DNA of 63,617 bases, counting the filler, from Choristocarpus tenellus KU-1152 (Eukaryota > Protista > Phaeophyceae): assembly GCA_964200185.2 (NCBI GenBank). It is 15 parts of 15 records of this genome, joined end to end, with 100 filler letters (N's around TTAATTAATTAA, not from the genome) between each part and the next. Parts side by side here need not be neighbours in the genome. Positions count along the whole stretch, not along the records: positions 49,952 to 54,381 come from CAXNAD020014593.1; positions 54,482 to 57,578 come from CAXNAD020022348.1; positions 57,679 to 60,674 come from CAXNAD020023051.1; positions 60,775 to 63,617 come from CAXNAD020024270.1; 11 more parts are not named here. One strand, given 5' to 3'. Each line of letters begins with the position of its first letter. Within the stretch, counting starts at the first letter, position 1. A program made the position numbers and the translations under genes. This document shows positions 50,470 to 61,622 of the stretch, piece after piece. The notes below the pieces were generated by a model. It had not been told where the DNA came from. It did not search any database and saw nothing but the letters and a program-made list of their open reading frames with translations.

Positions 50470-50729
50470 GAGCCAAAGTATCTTAGAGGGTAGAGTCGCG
50501 TCCATGTGGGGGCCAAAATCCAAAGTTGCAATTTTGATGTAATTTTGGCTATCGTGTATGTTAGGAAGTGTCAATATCCTTGTTGCGGAAACATCTTTTC
50601 ATAAAGTATACATTTTACTTGCTCCGAAATATTTCGGAGTAGGAAATTGTCATAAAAAAGTACCAAGGGAAGTCAAGCCCCAAATGGACAAACATGGCAA
50701 AACTTGAACCATGTAAGATAGGTCCACTC
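50470..50729 (+). mobile_element. GAG-MITE
   Basis: Starts GAGCCAAAGTATCTTAGAGGGTA. The right TIR is decayed and ends CCACTC. Confidence 0.85.
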
Positions 50730-50814
50730 CAATGCTAACACCTCCTCCCGTTATTTTGAATCCCACTTTGCCACAACCTTTGCCCACTCCTCCACCGTCG
50801 CAGAGATAACTAGA

Positions 50815-52509
50815 GTGACAACCATCATTATCACCCCAGACAAGAACGACACATCCGAGCACGACCTCGAGAAGTTCAAGTCCGAAACGAGCGCCGCTCA
50901 CAAGAGAGAAGTCGCCCCTCTCCAGACCCGACCAAGAGGCATGGTAATCACATGCACCACCCTTGGGGACAACCTAGATCTGGATCGTATCAAACTCCTC
51001 ATAGACGAACTCTCCACCTTCCGCAATTTTACATTGGTGAAGACACCTGTAGCTGGTGGCGTGTCCATGCCTTTACCTTGTGGAAGACCCAACCCACCAG
51101 ATGATGAAGAGGAACAAGATAGACAATCGCCTAGCCCTACAGTAGGTACGGGAAGCAGGACTCTACGAGGGGGGAGGCATACAATCACACCCTCGGAACA
51201 CGACTCTGAAGGCGATGGGGGACGACCTGTTTGTAACGCCTTCACATGTCCAGAGGAACTTCCACAGGAGGACGTGAGGGGGCGGCTAGGCAAGGACACG
51301 GAGTACACGCCTGTCAGGAGTGACACAGAGATGTCCCCGAACGCCATCCAGTGGACAGCGGCGGAACCAAGTCACAAGTACCAGGGAACGTCTACGACCA
51401 TAGTGTGAGGCAGAGTGAGAACCGTGTACATGCCGATAATACCGCTACCCCGAGGGACAAGCCTTCCGAGAAGGGCAAAGGAAAGTGCAAAAGGACCCTG
51501 ATTAGGAAGAAGAGGGTTAAAGAAGACTCTGAAGACGAGGTGGACCGACCCGATTGTGACGCTTTCACATGTCCAGAGGAACTTGCACTGGAGGACGTGA
51601 GGGGGTGGCTAGGCAAGGACTCGGAGTCGCCTCTGTCCAGAGTGACACAGGGATGTCCCCAAACGCCCATTCGATGAGCAGCGGTAGCAACGAGGCAAAC
51701 ATGCCAGGGAACATGTACGACCATAGTGTGAGGCCAAGTAAATTCCGCATCCATGCCGATAATACCCTAACCCCGAGGGACAAGCCTTCCAAGAAGGGCA
51801 AAATCCAGGGTTTTAGGACACTAATTAGGAAGAAGAGGGCGAGAGAAGGTGATAGACAGAAGAGACCCTTCAAACAGCCCCATGGTCCTCGTGGCAGCGC
51901 ATTAGAACCTGACTTCTTTGACAACATCTTCACTTCTGCCAAAATGGGCAGACACGGGGTAAATCCATGTTCATCCACACCGAGGTACGACGATGACGAC
52001 GAAAGATCATCTCATGGTGACGAGGATTGCGTCACACAGGACACGGCCAACTCCGGCGATGCATCTGATGTGGGGATCACCGAAGCCTTCATGGAGGTGT
52101 GCGTTACCGAGCTCCTACGATCAGCAACGAAACCTGCTTCTTCACAGTATCGAGTGCAGACTCAAATCCTCACCCAAGTCATATACGATCATGGGTTCCG
52201 GCTCATCAAGGCCGGTTAAGGGACCGTTTCTCTCGTTTTCGGGGATGAATGCTACGTCCACGAGCCCACACAGATCAAACTCAGCGATCATGGAGGAAGT
52301 CAGGCAATACGTTGCGTCCCAAGGATGTGGAAGCACTCCAGGCAAGGAGGGCTATCTTCTTGAGCCTCGTGAATCCCGAACCTTGGAATGCCACGTACTC
52401 CACACGCCTAAATCTATGGCACCTTCTTGTCAAGGCATATCCTAAGCTTGAAAAGTGGTGGGAGAAGGGGGAAGAATGCAATTTCGAGTCCGCCCAGCAA
52501 TTGAAATAG
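50815..52509 (+). pseudogene. Intronless decayed gene: charged low-complexity N-terminal region with a 323-bp internal duplication, ending in the unrecognised ~100-aa domain (copy B)
   Basis: Chain of frame-shifted ORFs (50815-51408, 51351-51677, 51569-52219, 52249-52509). The C-terminal part aligns gaplessly with 10035-10421. Confidence 0.65.
51202..51846. repeat. 323-bp tandem duplication
   Basis: GACTCTGAAG starts at 51202 and 51525, and ATTAGGAAGAAGAGGG ends at 51516 and 51839. Both copies encode C(N/D)AFTCPEEL..EDVRG.LGKD.E. Confidence 0.9.
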
Positions 52510-53285
52510 GGCTTCGATTGTTTCGGTTTTTTGTTGAAGTACGGGTAGAGTTGCAGGTTGTGCTGATTTCTGCATCAGTGTATCTTGCCTCGGTGTCCGA
52601 CTACCATGTTCACGCACTTTGTATTCCATGAGTTATGCATTTAGATAGTGGTATCGGATTCATTGCTACCAGTCAGAGTCGTCAGCGTATCATATATCAT
52701 ACTCACGTTGAGGATTAGACCTGTCTTATTATTTGTGTAAAATAGCGGTTAGGCTACAACATTACAACCCTGAAATATATTACATCGACAATCAAACAGC
52801 TCTTCTCCATCTGCTCAGCTATCCTTTCCAAACGATTCGCCAGGGGCAGCAATGAATACCCTGTCCTTCTGTAAGCCACTATTTATTCCTTGTACACTAT
52901 AACGCACCTCCCCCCGTTATTCTCAATACTTTATGCACCACCTCTTGCTTTATCCAAGTGTCGACAAACTAGTTTCCACCAAGTGTAGTCATTCGAATCT
53001 TGGAGGATCATATAACTAAGTCCACGCACGATGCCCATAACTACAGCACCAACCCAGGACCCGTGGAAGTGTACGTTGAACTACTTTCAGAGAAACACGT
53101 ACGACAATAATCCTTGACCAATAACCACTCGTATACACGTCCATATTCCGTATACACCTTTTCCCGTACTTCATACCCACAACTTCAACCCTAACACCCT
53201 CAGCAACAACCACGTCTTACTACATACAATATCCAACACATGCACACAAACAAGCGAAGAGTTAGATTTTACTGTGCATGACACA

Positions 53286-53797
53286 GAGCGAAGATATCTT
53301 AGAGGGTACGAGTTTAGCCCTGCTTGTTCCTTCAGTGCTTGGCTTCTAACGGGTTTTTTTAAGACATTTACCTACTCCGAATTTCGGAGTAGGTAAAATG
53401 TACACGTTGTGAAAAGATGTGTCTGGATCAAGGATATTGACACTAACAAACACGATAGCCAAAACTACATCAAAATCACAATTTTGGAGTCAAAGTATCT
53501 TAGAGGGTAGAGCCGCGTCCATTTGGGGCCAGAATCCAACGTTGCGATTTTGATGTAATGTTGGCTATTGTGTTTGTTAGAAAGTGTCAATATCCTTTTT
53601 CTGGATACACCTTTTCATAACTTACACATTTTACCTACTCCGAAATATTTTGGAGTAGAAAATGTCATAAAAAAAAACATGGGAAGCCAAGCCCCAAATG
53701 GACAAACAGGGCAAATCTCGTACCCTCTAAGATGCTTTCACTCCTGGTGTTTGACCCCTATTTCGACACCGCTCTACCCTCCAAGACATTTTGGCTT
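53286..53797. mobile_element. Nested GAG-MITEs: forward copy 53487-53743 inside an older reverse copy (53286-53486 + 53744-53797)
   Basis: The reverse copy breaks after CAAAATCACAATTTTG and resumes after the inner copy with ...GACACCGCTCTACCCTCCAAGACATTTTGGCTT. Confidence 0.88.
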
Positions 53798-54322
53798 CGT
53801 ATGTTTTGGTTCCTCGTGCACACGCCGGGAGAAGAGACCCAAACTGACAGTCCTCTTTGTGTACACCAGACACGACCGACACAAGCAAATAAACGAAAAA
53901 AGCAACCTCGCAACAGTCCATATTATATTTTTCAATTCCTCAAAAACAGTTGGAAAACACACCCTAACCGACAACCCTCTTTGTGTGCTAACCAAATCCC
54001 AGTCATGCAACAACAACAACAACAAAAAATCCAGCCCTGGAACAGCCTAATACGTCTCTCTTGTTCTTCATCGTAACTGCGCAACCAACATACCAATAAA
54101 CCTGTTTGAGCAGACTCGAAATCCGACACATGCAAACGTCCAAACTCCTAACCACTCCCAATTAAATGGTGGCATATATCCCCGTTCCTCTTGCGTACGC
54201 AAGGACAGAAATGAACCTAAGCAACAGTCTTCTTCATTTTGCTGATATTTCAAAACCGACACGTGCGACCAAATCACACCAAAAAGTCAAAATCGAAAAA
54301 GGGTGAAAAACGGACGCCGGCA

Positions 54323-54346
54323 CCCCCCCCCCAGATACTTTGACCC
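54323..54346. mobile_element. Terminus of the G-run sister TIR family ((C)nAGATACTTTGACCC)
   Basis: The same terminus occurs at 3465, 3675, 39417, 43267, 49952, 57482 and 60787. It shares the CAAAGTATCT core with the GAG-MITE TIR. Confidence 0.75.
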
Positions 54347-56299
54347 CCTTGTGCTCGGAGGGATATGATGATCTTACACAGNNNNNNNNNNNNNNNNNNN
54401 NNNNNNNNNNNNNNNNNNNNNNNNNTTAATTAATTAANNNNNNNNNNNNNNNNNNNNNNNNNNNNNNNNNNNNNNNNNNNNGCAAGTGAACAGTTCATTT
54501 GTTTGCAAGGCATGCATTACTTGCAAAGCAAATCGCAGCACTTCAAACAATCACCCCTTCGGACGGCCCCTTACAAGTACAGTTTCTTTTGGCATAGCAG
54601 ACTGAGCACCTGTACTGATCGTCTATTGTCACAAATATTCTTTATGTAAATGTGCGTGGATGTGCAATGAAGGGTTGTCTCCCAACACATATATTATTGA
54701 GGTCGGGGTGACAAGTGACTGGGAAAGAGGAAGGTGGCTGGTTCACATCCACACTTTGCGTGCGTGCATGGGTACACGAAGAAAATGCATGTAGAAAGCG
54801 CAACACATTTTGGACTAACCACTCGAGTGTCAATGGGGATATGGCTGGCAACTGCTACGCAGCTTCATCTCTAGTAGCCACATCTGCATTAATTTTTTTT
54901 CGAATTCTGTCTAGTGACTGGAATTTTCATGGGAGCGAGTCCTGCTCTCTAGTAGATTCACAATTTCACAAAAATCAAGGTAAGAGACTACATAGAGTGC
55001 CTCCTCCCCCCTTGTCCACGTACCACCTATACCCCTCTTACTACTGTTAGTATCTTGTATCCATCGTAAAACATATACAATGCCACGGTGATAATTTTCG
55101 TCAACTACAGAGGATCCAAACACACCAGAAGGCTTTGTCAAGACTGTATCCAAGACTGAGGGGAGAGACAGAATCACTCGAGGAGGTGTACCCAGACAAA
55201 ATCACACGTGAAGACAGAAACCAGTTCCTATTCACAATCATCAACACCTTGCCCGAGATCACTATGACCCTTATGTATGCATTTCTCAGACATGGATATC
55301 TCACACCAACCACGAACGTTAGAAGTAATATCACATGACAAACCCAACCGAATGGCAAGCTTATTTTTTTACATTTTCCTCAACTTCTCACACATCCAAA
55401 CCTGTACATGATCCACACATCAATAAGAATTTTGTTGATGTGCACGGCATATCTTGGGTTCATTAATATCCATTTATCGTGCTTTGGTTGTGAAGAGATC
55501 GATGAGAAATGTTATTTTGCACACGAATACATGCCAAACAAGGTGCAAAGTAGATTGCAAACTTGTTTCAGAATAATTTTGACCCACTACTCATATTCTC
55601 CCTACCTTAGAACACTCAGGAGAACTAGCATTAGGTGATGCAAGAAATGTGTCTACCTTCCCTCCCATCCGGGCTTGAATGATCAAATACTTCCAAGTAG
55701 CAGAATGCTATCGAAGAGGACAAGGAGAACGTAGAGAAAGTGACATAGAATTACGGAAACTGAAAAATAACCCACAAAAACTCCCACAAAACACTATGGA
55801 CAAGAGTGTAGACGGATTACCACAATGAAGTATCAATTTCACCACTGTGAGTAGACATAAGCATCTCTGATTCGGCTCAGAAAAAAATGAACAGGAAAAC
55901 CTCTGAATCTTCATGAAAACTCACAGATTAAACATTTCCGTTCTAGTTTTTGATCTTCCCCTCCAAATACGTTACTCTGAAGCCTGAAGTATGTATGTAA
56001 CTTTCATGACCTGATCAATAATGTTGCAGGGTTGATACAGCTATCTATCTCATGCCATCAGAGAGTATCCCATAACATCACAGACCACTATATTGTCCTT
56101 TGGGTCCCCACGGAGCTGAGGAATATCTGCAGGTCAACAAATGTGATCGACACCTTGAACCAAGGCGGTGAGGATATTCTGGAGCAACACACACACCCTC
56201 TCCACTTGCCACAGACGTATTTCAAGTCGACAATGACTACCACAGAATATTGGGTTCATAGCTGAAGAGAGTGTGGTCCAGGTTGGTATAGATTGCCTT

Positions 56300-56819
56300 G
56301 AGCTCCTGCCACAGAGTGCCATGAGGAGAGAGAGCCCTTGTACTACGGCCAACCTCCCCCCCCACAAAAATAGGACCAACTGGGAAACTCTGAGTTGCAC
56401 ATTACTGACACCAGGGGTGATTTGATTTGTAAACTCACCCCAGCAAGCGCGCCGTCTTTTTTTTATCCCATCTACTGCCAACTGTCACAAACACTGACTG
56501 ATTTAGGGATTGTCAAGCCCCCAGAGTCTGAAGGAAGAACATAAATCCTAGTAGCAATGAGTTTGGGATGAAAGGAGTGACTCACCTCTTTGTCATTGGC
56601 TCTGTGCATCGTGAAATTGCGCTGTATTGCAGTCTTCAGCCCATCCAAGATTGTTGAGAACTTGTTTGGGTTTCTAGCCAATGCCACCGAAACACTGACT
56701 ATCCTGGTTCGAAACCAGCAGTTACCATCCGGACGCGTAGGAATGACTAGTTGATTCTCTCGGAGTAGAGGTGAGAGGATCCCTGGTGCCGCCTTCTGCT
56801 TCTTCTTGGGCATGATCAT
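56300..56819 (-). pseudogene. Possible decayed OTU-like cysteine protease
   Basis: IPTRPDGNCWFR (~56709-56744) fits the OTU DGNCxFR motif, with a WG-containing segment downstream after a frameshift. The catalytic His is not identified. Confidence 0.4.
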
Positions 56820-57678
56820 TTTGAGCTAGACGGGCAGGTTTTGGTGGACGGATTGTGCAAGAAAGACAATATTCAGGTATTGTTTGAATGGGGCATGGAT
56901 GATGCCTGTGCCTACCAATATGGTGTGAAAGACCACCATGCCAGGCCCCTGCAGAGCATTGAGGTTGAAATGTAATTTGTCTTCACTTCATACCCGAAAA
57001 TATGACAAATAGCATCACAAACTTAGCACTGAAGCACGATGCCCTTGGAGATAAACGACCAATGAAAGGAGAACCACAGCTCATCCGTGCAAAGGCCCCA
57101 TTGGCAGAGCAACATTCAAAGGAATACCTTGGATCGAGCGTATTGCAGTGCTTGAAAGCCTTGCCTTTGATGTGGGAATTCTACAGCAGCTCGCTACCAG
57201 ATTCCACATACAGGCTCAAAATCATGACCTGTTCACACACTCAGAAGTACTACAAGTGATTCCAGCGCAGGGACACACACCTTCTCGTGGGCAAACTCAC
57301 CGGTCCATTGCCGCTGAAAGGGCATTTAGTCCCAGCCCCAGGAGGAACACCAGTATGTGAGGTGTCTTCCCTGCCCTCCCCTGCACATCCTGACAGAGGA
57401 ATAGTGTCAGGGTCGGGCATGTCCCCTACCTGCTTGTATGCACAAGCAGTGGGGAGCACAGAAACAGTGTACAAGTTTGATGACCCAAAGTATCTGGAGA
57501 AGGGAGGGGGGGGGGGGGGCTACACCAGGGTGTCCATTTGGACTATAACCAGGAAAAGTGTACTTATATTATTCATCCNNNNNNNNNNNNNNNNNNNNNN
57601 NNNNNNNNNNNNNNNNNNNNNNTTAATTAATTAANNNNNNNNNNNNNNNNNNNNNNNNNNNNNNNNNNNNNNNNNNNN

Positions 57679-57822
57679 TCGTCTTCGTCCTCTCCTTTGT
57701 GTTCGTCCCCTGAACAAAGTGGTGGAACGCGGGCGCACGGTCATCTGATGCCAATCCATTCTTGCTGTAAACTTCTGCGCCGCCCTTTCAGGGGACGTAC
57801 ACAAAGGAGTGGACGAAGACGA
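57679..57822. repeat. Inverted repeat with arms of at least 36 bp (57679-57714 / 57787-57822) and a 72-bp spacer
   Basis: TCGTCTTCGTCCTCTCCTTTGTGTTCGTCCCCTGAA versus its reverse complement with 2 mismatches. The left arm is cut by the contig start. Confidence 0.88.
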
Positions 57823-58969
57823 GGGAGGGAATGGACTGCCAGACAGGAAGGATACGGGTGAAGGGGGTTCTGTCGGCAGTGTTCCTGGTGCGGAAGAAGA
57901 ACAAAACGAAGAGGGAGGGTGGAACGTGGGCGTTTGCTGTACTTAATGCAATCCTCCTCCCACATCTCGGTGAGTAAGGTAGTTGTAACGGTACACGTGT
58001 AGGGCGGAGTGTAATTAATAGTGTAAGATTGGTTTCCATCCAATCCCCAGAACGGATAGATACGTTGTATATTTTCAGCGGTTCACACCATTGAACCGGT
58101 GAAATGTTGCGGGGTCGCTCTGTGTGCAGCGCTGCGGTCGCTACCCTGCGTATCTTTAATTACCACAGTCCGATTGTGTGTTAATGCATGTACATCACCA
58201 ACTGTTGTATCTCACCTGTACGTACTACTTGGTGCTGTTTTGCGCCGCCAATTTTGTTGTCCTTCGTAACCGTGGATTCCCGCATTGCGTTGTTGTGCCC
58301 AATTAATGATTTGGAAAAATACTCTCCTGTCTGTTTTATGCTCTCGTTTGATGACACGCGCAACAGGTATTCATGCTCAAGTTGCTCAATCACGCAAATG
58401 GGCGAATGTGCCTACGTGGAGATTGTAGGCGACGAAAGGGACAAGGATTGATTATGTATCAATTGCCCCATGGCACAGGAGGACGGTGAAGGGTCTGGAT
58501 CGGTGGGGAACGAAGCGGCGGGTCAGGACAGGGGCAAGGGCAAGGGTAAGACTCTCGCAAGGAGTGCGGGCGGGGTTACCCATGACGCAAAGCCTTTTAG
58601 GTCCCCCCTCATGCAGTGAAACGGCTGACATGGAGAAGTGCATGTGGATCTCGGCGTTGTTGCACATTATACCGACACACAAGTCGTGTCTGTGTGTTTG
58701 TTTTCGCATTGCTTTGCACATAGGTCTTGGCTGCTTGTACATCATGTGGATTGCTCATCCTTTGTACCTTGGATGTGTCGCTTTTTTGGAGGGTTCCATG
58801 GGCCATGGAACTTGGTGTTTTGACGTCTACCCTCCTTCCACGAGATGTGTCTGATGAGTCTGGCGTTGTGGAGGGTATGGCCTGACATTTTGGACATGTG
58901 GAAATATTGTCACTCACTTAAGGAAAAGATTGCCTGCACCATAGCTTACTATGCCGTCCTTCTTGTCGT

Positions 58970-59166
58970 GCTGTCTCTCTACTGTGTCATGTGTCATAAT
59001 GTCCAAGCAGGAATGAGAACACTGCACTACACGACCTTCACCCTCTCGACCCCACCATATCACTAGACGTTGGTGATATGGTGGGGTCAAGAGGACGAAG
59101 GTCGTTTAGTGCAGTGTTCTCATTCCTGCTTGGACATCATAACACACGACACAGTAGACAGACAGC
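58970..59166. repeat. Long foldback: 96-bp arms and a 5-nt loop
   Basis: 58970-59065 versus 59071-59166, ungapped, with 9 mismatches by manual count and a 31-bp perfect core (ATGTCCAAGCAGGAATGAGAACACTGCACTA). Confidence 0.95.
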
Positions 59167-60595
59167 TCGCCATAGTGTCCATTGCCGCCGACCCAAGACT
59201 CCTCATCGACGAAAAGGCGACCAATACACACCTGCGCGAGATGCTTCAGTGCTTGCGGCCTATGATGCATCCTCAGGGCACCGTCGCGCTCACTGTGCCC
59301 CATCCTTGAGTCGCGCAAGTACAATTCCTACATGGTGAGTTGCAGAGTTCGCCAGCGCTGAAATACGGGGTGTATTGCGGGAGACTATTGCAATCCACCA
59401 TGGCTGTTATCATTCCGTCCGTGTGCCGATCGAATATTGTGCGACCGTTCAGGAGATGCGGATTAGGTCCTATATTTTTCACTTTCCCCATGTTTCATGT
59501 CCTTCGTACCTTCTACTTCCTTTCTTGTCGCTTGCTTTTTTTTCACTTGCAACTACGTACTTCTTTGTTTCATTGTCCGCGAATTGCATGCTGGTTACTC
59601 GTCTTCACCACATTTTTTTGCCATATTTACTCCTATTATTACTTAATCTCCTATTGTTTGCAATTTTTGCATTGGTTATTTGCCTGGTGTTCCACACTCA
59701 TTTTACTATTGTAATGTTAGTGGTATGAGATTTCATGAATCCCTACGATATCTACTTGTGTAATGTCACTGTCAAGTTTGACGAATGCCAGACCCACGCG
59801 CTCCCTCCCGCCTTCTCTTCATTCAGAGGCTCTTACTGCGTCGAAGGTGGGCTTGATTGTGGAGGATTATCCCGTAACCCTAATATACAAGACAAGGTGG
59901 GGGGGGCGCCCCCAATTAGGCACAGATAACCATCTCTAAAGCCACCAGGACATGATTCTTCTCGCGCACAACAATGGGACAATGTTCACATGCAATAAGC
60001 GAGTCACCGTTGACGGCATCTTTGGCCACGGGTGTGATCCATCTCCTCCGGTACTCCAAACCATGATGGACGTCGGATATGAAGGCGCTGCCTCGGACAT
60101 CCCCATGAGGGGCCTCAACTTCCACGTTAACAGGTTCGTTAATAACGTCACCCACATCCTTCTTCGCAGAAGCAGCAATTTTTTTTTGTAGGTGTAGGAC
60201 ATCATTAAACAGTAACAGAACGAGCTGGATGATGGTTCAGGGGCGTCAATCCATACCACGAGTTTGTTTCCCGAATCGGTACATTAAGCGTCAAAACCCA
60301 CCAGAACGTGTTGCCCTGTATCGGAAAGTTACTCATACACTGCGAAATGATGAATCCGTGCGCAATACAATATACCACGTTAGGGCCAATTTACGAAATG
60401 CCCTCCCACGATAGGTACACAAATGCTGGGGACACCGTCGTCTCCTACAGCACAGAGAGGCACAATGTGGTGGAGGCGGCCCTTGAACGGAGCAGTAAGG
60501 TGGAGGTGTTCGTGTCCAACGTGGCGTCAAAGGACGAGGTGAAGGAGAGGATGGACAGGTCCTTCGGCCAAGCCTACGAGGAGGGCAAGTGGAAG
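59100..60595 (+). pseudogene. Possible decayed, spliced beta-class DNA amino-methyltransferase-like gene
   Basis: Motif-like segments in beta-class order: IVSIAADPRL, LRPMMHPQGTVALTV, MILLAHN...FTCN and RYTNAGDTVV...VEAAL. Clean exon 60415-60595 (ag/gtaag). The catalytic and SAM motifs are non-canonical. Confidence 0.3.
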
Positions 60596-61232
60596 GTAAG
60601 AAGGGTGTGCTGGCTTTTTTTTCCATTGCTTTCCAACTTGTTTGTACTACTATGACCCTACGGATAGGTATCGGNNNNNNNNNNNNNNNNNNNNNNNNNN
60701 NNNNNNNNNNNNNNNNNNTTAATTAATTAANNNNNNNNNNNNNNNNNNNNNNNNNNNNNNNNNNNNNNNNNNNNCCTCACAAACCACCCCCCCCCCAAGA
60801 TACTTTGACCCGTTGGGAAGGTTGAGCCCAACATACGAGAAGCAATGCATGGGTAGACCCAGTGCAATCAGTTGCAGTGCAACAGCTGGTCGCAGTGGCC
60901 GTAGTAGGAAGTACTAAAAGTTGTGGATTGTGTAGAATCTCTGTATAGTCCCCAGAAAAAAGCAAAGGAAATAAAAGGAACGGTCTTATTGGGCACGTAA
61001 AATCACCCTCCACCCAACTAAACGAAGGGGCGTTTCATACGCAAAATTTAATAGCTGGGTGTGAAATACGACCCCCTTTTCTAGCAAATGCATCTACTTC
61101 ATAAATATTCATATATTTTGCTTTCCATGTCATGGCCCCCTACAACAGGTAATCTCCAATCCATCTTTACTATCACTAACAACATTTCGTTTTTTTTTTT
61201 TTCCTTAACGAAGAATAGAAAACAAGAGCATT

Positions 61233-61306
61233 GAAATATGTAAACGCACACACTGAAATACGTAAATGCATACACTGAAATACGTAAATGCACACACTGA
61301 AATACG
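61233..61306. repeat. 22-bp tandem repeat, ~3 copies
   Basis: GAAATACGTAAATGCA(C/T)ACACT units. Confidence 0.8.
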
Positions 61307-61622
61307 CCATGCACCTCTCGATAAGACCGCAGTTAACTCTAACTCCACACACAGATACAGATACATACGACTGAATGAAGACTCACTCCGCCTCGACAGT
61401 AAACTGAGTGACAGGAGGAGAAAAAAACAAAACAAAAAACAAAACAAAAAACAAAAAACGAAACGGTTAAGAAATAAGAAAAAAAAAGCACAGGTGGAAA
61501 TCGTCTCTTGTGATTCATTTTTCTCGCGGGGGAGGGGGGGGAGCGGGAAAACGGGGACAAAAAACAAACAAACCCGCGCAAGGTCATGCCGACACCAGAG
61601 CTATATATATATATATATATAT

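Noticed and set aside
50470-53797. Composite transposon formed by two MITEs flanking the unknown gene
   Set aside because: Each MITE has its own pair of ends, no shared outer TSD is evident, and MITE density is high enough for chance flanking.
3575-60774. Regularly recurring TTAATTAATTAA flanked by Ns as a biological repeat; gene neighbourhoods across spacers (e.g. POP next to Gypsy, GH16 next to sulfatase)
   Set aside because: These are identical 100-nt artificial linkers. The contigs are independent, so no operon- or cluster-type inference across them is valid.
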